Shown piece after piece: positions 1 through 64,000 of a stretch of DNA of 64,000 nt; the stretch's first letter is position 1; each line of letters starts with the position of its first letter. A model generated the notes under the pieces. That model did not search any database. It was not told where the DNA came from and saw only the letters and a list, made by a program, of their open reading frames with translations. Source of the stretch: Camelus ferus. Its lineage: Eukaryota. Location: contig NC_045696.1 in NCBI RefSeq assembly GCF_009834535.1, forward strand, positions 107,634,001 through 107,698,000, written 5' to 3'. Both the position numbers and the translations under genes were made by a program.

Positions 1-21
1 TGTTCAGTGACCAAAAACTTG

Positions 22-144
22 ATTTATTTTATTTATTCTTTATTTATTTTATTATTTATTTATTTATTTATTTATTTAATTTATTCTTTATTTATTTATT
101 TATTTATTTTATTTATTCTATATTTATTTTATTTATTCTTTATC
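22..144. repeat. Compound (TTTA)n/(TTTATTC) microsatellite
   Basis: Visible directly in the sequence. Confidence 0.9.
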
Positions 145-661
145 TTGATTATTGCCTAACAGATTTATGGCTTAATTATAAGAACAATTAAATATAAATG
201 GGTCCAGAGACATTGTTAAATATATGCTTTAAAAATAAGTAAAAATGTGTTAGCTGCTGATGGTATTAAAAAAGCATTACTTTCTAAAGTATTTTTAGAA
301 AAGTTTAACATACGGAAGATCACTGTTAACATATTGAAATTAAAACTCTAGAAAAAGTATTTCTCCATTGTTTCCAGTATTTTTATATTTATAACTGTGG
401 TTTTTTACAAAAAATTATTTTTGTTTTTATTTCATCTGAACAAGTAGTAGTTTATCTAAAATAAGTAGCTATTTAATAAAGTAATAGTGTTTGTTTACTA
501 GCAATTCGCATAAAACTAGATGCGTTTATTTTAATAGTTTGTTAAGCTCTTCGGAAAATTCTCTTATTACCTGCCAGTGTTTCATCATTCTTTGTAACAT
601 TGTAGATTTATCAGTTAGTACATGACACTCTTATTCTTTGCCCATTTTAATTTATTTCTAG

Positions 662-56149
<55,488 letters not shown>

Positions 56150-56973
56150 TGAAGAAAACTTACAAATCTGGAACTCTATTATTTAGAGCTAGAGGCCTAT
56201 ATACTGTGATAGCTTGTATGGGGAAAAAAAACACTTTTGATGTGATCTGGTTTGTTTTTTAATCAAATGATTGAGGTCAATCCCTTTTTGCAGTGACAGA
56301 AGAGGAGCATGTAAATTACCCAAGGGAATGTTGGTGAATGTCACCTCAGAAAGACTGACCTGAAAAATCATTTGTGTCCTATTATTGGACTTACCCAATA
56401 CAGATGTGTGTGTTTTTCTGGAGGGAGGAAGAAATTTTAAATTTTTAAAACAACTGTCAAGATAAACACTGTTATACACCTGTTTTATGAAAACTCAGCA
56501 TTGAGTAAAAAAAAAATATTTTTAACTTTATTTTCCTGTTGTACAATTTAAAACCGTTTTAACATTTTGCCTTTTTATGTTTTAAAAGCTAACCATTTTT
56601 ATTAAACCTATGAGTCAGCAGCTCATCCTAATTGCCGACGAGTGTTTTGGAGCTCACTGGATTTGGTTGACCTTGTGGGATACAGAAATACGGAGGAGCA
56701 GAATATTGACAAGCTAAGATGAAACTGACAGTGCATCTCTGCCAAAAACCACACACCCTCTGTGGATATGGATATGAATTCCCAGATTTTATATACTCTT
56801 GAATAAAAAGGTTTATTTTTATTTATAAGGGGGCATAAAATAAGAAATGTCCATGCAGCCATTTTTCCAACAGATGCTGTACACCATTCATTTTATATAG
56901 AATAGGGAGATTCAAATACAGTACATTTTCTATTGGTATTTGTTCTGTGCATTTTTAGCAACTTCTACCAGCA

Positions 56974-56979
56974 AATAAA
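56974..56979 (+). terminator. Candidate proximal polyadenylation signal AATAAA (others: ATTAAA 56601, AATAAA 56802)
   Basis: Hexamer followed by CA and downstream U/GU-rich sequence (tttgctgttttt). Confidence 0.5.
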
Positions 56980-58147
56980 GTATTCTCAGTAAAACAAAAA
57001 TGGTTCTCAAGTTATCAGTTTGCTGTTTTTACCACTTATTTCATGCCCTGCCAAATTCAAGTTACATGGACTTCCATTTTTTAAAAAGATAATCTTGAAG
57101 AACTCCTTCACCATTGAAAAGTAATTTTAAGTGTAACATAACTGTGTCTATTTCCCATGCACTTAATACCTTTATGCACTAATTTTGTGAATTCAGTTTA
57201 CCAATTATAGAAGTATGTGCTGCATAGAAGTCTGTGCTTAGAGGGTGAAGTTCTTAAGCTTACCTTGAAATACAGCTGCATTTCAGTGTTAAACGTGCAT
57301 ATTAAGAATAATTCTTTGGGGGAGAGAAATTATGATGACTCTTCAGGACAGCCTTCAGTGGTTTAGAGTTACATTCTGCTTAGACTTTTCTGACTTGCTG
57401 CTACTACTGTTTTCAAAAGCCCACTTAGTTTCTTCCTTTGATTTTTAAAATAAGCCTCAATTTCCAAACCAATCCTTCCACAGCTGTTTCTGGGCTGGTT
57501 TTTAAAGTAGCTGCAACAGAATGATGAGGCTTTCCCTTTTTACCAAAAATTAAAAGCATTAAAAAAAAAAAAAATCCGTGCATCCAATGACTATCTTTAT
57601 GTGGGGAAGCAAAATGGATTATTTTACTCGTCCTTTTAGTAAACAGACAAAACAAACTTTTCTCAACATTTGTACAGTTCTAAAAAAAAAAACGTTGGGT
57701 CACCAAAAATGTTTTATCTGCTAATTTAGCAATTCTTGGGCTCCAGTTGGGGGGGTGGGGGGGGTCTCGCTTTCTTCCAGAAATGTGGGTTTTTCACTAG
57801 AAGTGAAGGGGCAGGAAAGACTGGACTGTCTACCGCACCAGCCCTGCCCGCCTGTGGTTCTGGCCAGGGAGCAAGCCGGGACGGGCCCGGCACCTGCACA
57901 GCCTGATGCTTTGCTTGACAATTTCGTGTGGAAAACAGATGCTGACTTAGAATTGTAGACTACCATGCAACAGAAAAGGCGTGATATCTACTCCAATGGG
58001 TTTCCAGTTCAGTTTGAAGTCAATCGAATTTTTGTATTTTCAGTGTCTCCTTGATTGGTTTTGCTAGTAATTCTGTAAATTGTACATTTGCAATATGAGG
58101 TTTTTTTCCTTTTGTACAATTTGAAACTGATGCTTCACCTTTCCTTT

Positions 58148-58153
58148 AATAAA
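58148..58153 (+). terminator. Distal polyadenylation signal AATAAA
   Basis: Canonical hexamer, upstream UGUA cluster and U-rich tract, downstream GU-rich element; base composition changes just after it. Confidence 0.75.
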
Positions 58154-61100
58154 CTATTCAAAAATCAGGCTCGTGGTAGTCATCCTGTTGTTCCTACAAG
58201 GCAAAGCTTCAAAGAGGTGACTTCTTGTCCTGCTGCAACAGAGTGATGAGGCATTCCCCTTTTACCAAAAACTGAGTTTGTTCTTTCAGATAACTTGTTA
58301 AATGATGGCAAAATTGCCGTGTCATTTATCAGTGAGGCTTTACCTTTTCAAGCGAGAAGACTTTTAAAACTAGCTCATCAGTTTTTTAACACTTGGATTT
58401 CCCTGGAGAGTGAGGGTGGTCAAGTTGGCTGTGGTCTAAGGGGAAGCGCTTGTGGGCTGAGTTTCGGAGGCGGCACTCAGGGAGCAGCAGCTGGGCCCCA
58501 GCCCCGCCTGAGTCCAGGCCCTGCGCTCACACATGGTCACTCCCAAGCAGTGCCCTTAGGGACCACTGGTACTCTGCTTGGCTGCGGAAGTGAGGGTTTC
58601 TCTTGACATTGCCGCCAGATGTCACTCTGAAAAAAACACCCTACACTTCATGGACCTGGCATGTTCTTTGCGCTGTGGGAATGAGATGGCCTAAGATGTC
58701 TGTGCAGGTGCGCTCTCCAGGCAGCCAAGGAGGGAAGGTGACGAGGATGGTCTCTGTGGCAGCTCATCTTGAAGGTAACATGCTTATGAGAGTGTGTGAC
58801 TCCACCTCGGGATAAGCTTGCAAACCTCCTAGATGTGACTTGACTGTGACTCTGTTGGCCTTGCTCCCAGAAAAGGATCTACCAAACAAAGAACCGTGTC
58901 TTCATGGGATACAAAGGCTTAGTGGCCGCTCAGGCGCATCAGACCAAACTCAGGTAAGGTTCCATCCCTGCCCTCCTCAGTGCCTGGCCCTGTAGGGGTC
59001 TCTACCCAACGTCACTTTTTAAAGGACAGCTTTCTCCTCCCAAGGACACGTAAAGGAGGTGTTTCTGGTCACAAGGACAGTAGGAACATTGTCAGTACCA
59101 ACCTACCACAGTGCCATGTTTTCCCAAATGTGCAGGCTTTGTGGACCCCACAGAGGCCCCAGCCTGAGGCTTTACCCATGAAGTGGCCACAGCTCCTGCT
59201 CGGAACGGTGGGGATCCTGCGCTGGCAGAGGAGGTGCAAGAGCGTGAGGACCAGTAGTTTCACTGGAAGAATAAAGCCACAGCCCTCCAGAAATCCTCTG
59301 GAACCAGAGGGACATAAAACACATCCGTCAAACAGGTGATGTCTGGATTGGTTCAACAACTCCATCAAGGGTATTGGGTGAGAGGCCTTCACAGGCATCG
59401 CTGGCTGGGCAAACCATATCTAAAGAACCCCTTCAAAAGGCATCAGTGCCTCCAGAGGCAGAGGAGTGGGCTGGGGAGACCAAGACACGGTCAGAAGAGA
59501 AGCTGGAAACAAGATGCAAACACAAGTCGTGGAAGGCTGCGTCGTGGGTGGGCTCCCGTTACTCCAGCAACTCAGAAGGACGACTGGCCGCCGTGCACAA
59601 GGTAGGAAACCTTCCCAGACCCAGCAGCTCCGCAGTCCCCAGTGGGGCGGACCACCACTTTTCCCCACTCCAACCCTTCAGGGTTCAGACACGCCTGTGG
59701 GGTGCAGATCACGGCTCTGCCACTCAGTAGCTTTGCGGCTCAGGGCGAATTAGTTTACTGACTAAAGGCAGGGACGGTTCCAGTAGGACACTCCCAGTGC
59801 CTCCTACCCTCACCTCAGTTCTCACCATGTTATCTGCTCTCAGTCTACAGACAGGCACTTGTCAGCGCTCCATTCAGTAAACCCAAGACCTTTTTCTTTG
59901 TCCTTCTAGGGCAAGGCCACCAGTTAGGAAAGGCATTCCTGAACAGCAGCCGGTGAGAAGACTTGCCACCATTCTCAAGGCATTCTGCCCTCCGCATGGC
60001 CTGGTCTGTTGACAGAGCTTCCAAGGTCTCGCAGCTTCATGTCTCCTTGGCCACCAGCTTTTCAGAGGCAACTTCTAGTACCATCTCCCCCGCAGGCTTC
60101 CAAAAGCCTCTTGCCCAAGTGCTTTACTGGGCTGTTTCCTGTACCTTATAGGAGGCCCAGCCATACACCCTTCTCAGCATCCAGATTTTACAACCTGGTA
60201 AGATACTTGTTAGACCCCTTCCTCAAAAAGCAGGGGAACCCCACAAGCTTGTGTGTACTTTTATTTTTGTATGGACTATAGCACACTCATCCCTAAAACA
60301 GCCAGATCCTAGGTTGGCACACCCCAGAAATTGGATTTGCCAGGCTATTTTAAGCTATTGAGCCTCGTGCTAACCAACCTGTGTGATTCTTCCTTAGCCA
60401 GGAGGCCTCTGAAAGCCCAGGAGTCTCCTTTTCCCAGTTTCCAATGGCTTGCAGTCTTACTGCTGGTGCCAAAAAGCAGTACCAGGAAACTCTGCCCCTA
60501 GGAACTCACCACCTAGTAAGAAGACAAAAATATACATAAGCCAAAAAATAGGAGGGGGGTGAGGAATGCACAATCAGGTGCTTAAAAAATAATTGTTATA
60601 AGCAGTCTGAGCTCGCAAGTTGAGATGCACTAACGGAGAACAGGCCTTGTGCATGAGCAGGTTGGAGCTGCTAGAGCAACACAGTGTCCCAAGGTGGAGG
60701 TGACAGGACTGGGCTCAGGAAACGCACTAGGCAAGCAAGGGAGGGGCAGACCAAAACCTGTGTGGACTGAAGACTGGAGAGCAGGGTACTAGCCACTGCA
60801 GGTGGCGGAGCAGAGGAATGCAACAAAATCTGTACCCATAGTCAGCCTACTAGCCACAGACGGCTTCCGGCTTAGAGGGAGGCCACAGAGACCAATGAGG
60901 GCACTGGTAACAGCACTCAGAGCCCAGCTAGAGTGGGAGGTTCCCATTCTCCAACTGGAGGGGGAAGAAAGATGCTCAAGAAAAATAACTCCAAGGGCAT
61001 AAACCTGGCTACCAGGCATGGTGGGGTGGATGGTGGAAATGGGGAAAGAGGATGATAGTCACATACTAGCTAAGGTCAAGTTTAGCTTAAAATGATGCAG

Positions 61101-61522
61101 TATCGAAGCAGGGCTTACAGACCTTTGAAGCTAAGTGTCTGGAACAAGGGAAAGTCACCAGGGGTGGGAGGACCCAGGGCTCTCACCATAGAGAAAAGCA
61201 CACCCCAGGGGGCACCCTGGAGCAACACCCCATGCTTCAGCCTTTATGCTGGAATCACTTAAAATCACCATTTCTAGTATAACTTCTAATGCTTTATACA
61301 TACTCAAGGATGGGGGGAAACTGTAAAGTGGTCTACACATACAGGACTTTGAATCTTTCAAGTCGATAACATATCTACCCAAGTTACTAATCTAAATAAT
61401 ATGTACCTTCAGTTTAAAACCAGAACTGCAACAAAAGTCTTGAACTTTAGGTTTGTTGTTGATAAAGGTGTAGCAGCTCTGAAACTTGTATTTATTGTAG
61501 GACTGAGCAAATGAGTAAAACA

Positions 61523-61739
61523 CAGCCGACCTCGAACAACGCAGGTTTGAACTGCACTTATAAGCAGATTTTCAGTAATGAATACAGTACTACACAATCT
61601 GCAGTGGGCTGAATCTGTGGGTGCAAAACCATGGATACAGAGGGACCACGTATAGGGAGGCCAACCATCAGTTTTACACAGTTCTTCAGCTGCTGGAGGG
61701 TGAGCGCCCCTAACCCCAATGTGGTTCAGAGGTCAAGAG
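61523..61739. mobile_element. Tigger2/MER8-like MITE (opposite orientation to the copy at 50277)
   Basis: cagccgacctcgaacaacgcaggtttgaactgc...cccctaacccc...ttcagaggtcaa. Confidence 0.7.
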
Positions 61740-61959
61740 TATATTGAAGATAATAGGAGCCCGTTTCATCCACATGGGAGAAGAAAGACCTAATTGTGGA
61801 ATGAAAGGAAGGCAAAGAAGAACCTGTATATTGGACTGGAATTAAAAGTTTCAACTGAATTCATGATTCTTAAAATATATGTAATATACATACATATACA
61901 TATTCCCCATGTACATATATATATATTCGTATAAATATATCCTAGTCTGCTAAAAATAC

Positions 61960-62240
61960 CTAGAAGCAATGACACTCCAGTATTCATGTGGAAACCTGGT
62001 GCCAATGTTAGCTTCTAAGTGACATCTACTAAAAGAACTCTTATACAGAAATCACTGATTCTGGAGCAGGGCAAGGAAAATATAAGACGAGCCTGGTACA
62101 TTATTCTTTGTCAAAAAATGGAAGTGCACAAGCAATTACTATGACATATCAAAAGGACTGAGGAACTAGCTTGAAGGAGCGCCCCTCTGGCCATATTAGG
62201 AAGTTTGGAGCATCAAAATCAATAATAATATATTTCTGAA
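61960..62240 (+). mobile_element. Old L1 (L1MD/MC-like) 3'UTR fragment
   Basis: gcagggcaaggaaaatataagacgagcctgg...tcaaaaggac...ctagcttgaaggagc. Confidence 0.55.
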
Positions 62241-62547
62241 GAACCCATGAGTCTACTTTTTCTTGGTTGAATGATAAAATATATTAATTCACTAAACAAA
62301 CATTTATGAAACACGATGTACCAAGCACAGATTTCAGTTATGAATAATAATATACGATTCTCAATCTCAAGAACACCTTGGATTGGAGAATGAATGGGGC
62401 AGGGAGAAAAATGTAACAAACAAGTATGTGTGTTTGAAAACCTGATAGGGTGATAACATAATAAGAAAAATAAACTACTTCAGGAAAAATGTTTAAAACT
62501 GAACAAACATTTTGAGACTAAATTGTACTTAAAAAAAAAAAATAGGA

Positions 62548-64000
62548 GAGGGGGAGACGGAGAAGATGGCGGAGTAGAAGGACGCTCGCAGGTCACCCTC
62601 TCCCACAAATACACCAAGACCCACATCTACAGACCCACTCAGCCAACCAGAGCACCTGTGGAACTCCGACAGAACATCGCCCTCTTCAAAAGATAAAGAC
62701 GCCAAAAATCTGGTAGGAGAAAAGGAAAAAAGAAAGAACAAAAGGCAAAGCAGCGCGGGACGGGTCCCGCGGGGAGGGAGCGGCAAAGGAGGACTGGCGC
62801 TCGCTCGCTGGGTCTCCCCTCTCCAACTGAGAGGCCAGCGGGACGGAGGGGGAGCCTCCGAGGCTCGGATCTGTACAGAGCAGCCCTTGACTAACAGAAC
62901 TAAGTTAAACGGGCACAGAGCGTCCCCCCGACACCCAGCCTGAGACGCGGGGCAGCAGCCGCGGGCAGGGCCAGGCTGCACAAGCCGGGCGGAGGACGGA
63001 AGTGGCTGCACGGAGGCAGTCCCGGGGGAACGCAAGGGGCTGCGCGCCATGGCTGTGAGTACACAGGGCAGAACAACCTGGGCCCTCCATAAAACAGCAA
63101 GGTTGATGTGCTCTCGGGGGAAGGGTGCACACCCCCATCTCTGAAAACCCGCGGAAAGTTTTCGGGGGAAGAGAGGCGGGGCTCAGGCACAGCCGCCATA
63201 TCCTCCTCGCTGAGCGCACAGGCGGGGGCGGGGGCGAAACCTGCATCCGCACCGAAGGGCTTAGCAGCCTCAAAGGCCAGACTGAGACTGGCCTGCAGCC
63301 CGGGGCAGATAGGATCCTTCCATCCTGGTCCCTCAGAGAACTTGCTCCACAAAGACAAACAAGGAGCTGGGTTTTGGCTCGGAGCAGGGACAGGGCTGTC
63401 CCTCGGTCTTCCCCGAGCCCACCCGCGGAGCGCCGACCAGGGCGGAGCGCGCAGCCGCACAGAGCAGCGGAGCTACCGGTGGCGCAGGTAGAGGGAGAGC
63501 GGCCCCCCCGCCTTTCGGGCAGGAACACAGCCCCTGACCGAGCTGCTGGGAGGGGGCACGACCCGCCCTCCTACCCGGCCAGTCTGCAACATCTGACTGC
63601 GGCATCCGGAGGGGCAGCGACCCGCCCGCCCACAGCAGAGGAGAGCTGCACCTGACCCAGTGTTAGGAGGAGGCGTGATCTGCTTGCCGACAGGTGCTGG
63701 GAGCAGCACAGAAGAGGGCGCCAACGGAGGGCCTCTGAAAACAGCAAGCTGAGCTTCCAAAACAGGACGAAGACAGAAAGACTTCACATTAAAAGCACAC
63801 AGACTCCAGGAGAACACCGACAAAACCCCCCCCCCTTTTTTTTAAATCATTTTTACCTGTTCTACTTTCTATTACTCTCTTAATCTTTACTTCTTAATTC
63901 ATTTCTATTTCTCTTGGGTTTTGATGTCCTGCTATTGATTAGACACAGGTTTCAAATATATCTATTCATCTCTCCCCCCCTTTTTTGTAAAGGTTTTAAA
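62548..64000 (+). mobile_element. Young L1, 5'UTR / internal promoter (CpG-rich); runs off the window
   Basis: Begins ggggagacggagAAGATGGCGgag (YY1 motif 62563-62571) after a tt|aaaa target; homologous to the 5' end of the older L1 at 49585; many intact CpGs to ~63770, then a T-rich low-complexity part. Confidence 0.88.

Noticed and set aside
56200..58100. Seed matches in the 3'UTR (ACTGTGA miR-27 at 56203, TGAATGT miR-181 at 56335, AACTGACA miR-223 at 56723, TGCAATA miR-25/92 at 58089)
   Set aside because: 7-8-mers occur by chance in 2 kb and cannot be supported without a conservation analysis.
58243..58275. Box C (GTGATGA) and box D (CTGA) pair suggesting a C/D snoRNA
   Set aside because: Only 33 nt span, no terminal stem, and not intronic.
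58295..61382. Cluster of overlapping 60-119 aa ORFs on both strands after the gene
   Set aside because: No recognisable protein similarity and no consistent exon structure; expected in GC-richer DNA.
62900..63823. Long ORFs (116-207 aa) in several frames
   Set aside because: They lie in the GC-rich L1 5'UTR, with Pro/Arg/Ala/Gly-biased translations; stop-codon scarcity explains them.

Overview
Mammalian genomic DNA, AT-rich and repeat-rich. The L1 3' and 5' ends look cetartiodactyl, most like camelid. I saw no Alu, B1, BovB/Bov-tA, CHR or PRE-1 SINEs, so the species assignment is inference. The + strand carries the 3' part of STAG1 (cohesin subunit SA-1): 18 GT-AG coding exons between 662 and 56145 splice into one open frame of 2127 nt (708 aa + [11 protein letters not shown]...DSGFGMPMF*). 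By my recollection of the 34-exon human gene these are exons 17-34. A ~2 kb 3'UTR follows, with several poly(A) signals (distal AATAAA 58148). Introns contain L1s of several ages, L2/MIR, MER58A, Tigger MITEs, an MLT1 LTR and a MER34-like ERV1 solo LTR. The window ends inside the CpG-rich 5'UTR of a young + strand L1. I see no prokaryote-like or wholly new gene system, and the ORF-track hits outside the exons are TE-derived or chance. The most unusual items are: (1) an L1 with an intact 5' end, no 3' end or poly(A), and a 17-bp TSD (internal priming); (2) two short locally templated copies (25 bp and 40 bp); (3) a final intron that is open in frame and would give an NMD-immune hydrophobic C-terminus if retained; (4) an LTR and two hairpins flanking the 111-nt cassette exon; (5) an ORF0-like antisense ORF in the young L1 5'UTR. 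TE family names come from recognition of the sequence, not a database search, and old-repeat boundaries are approximate.
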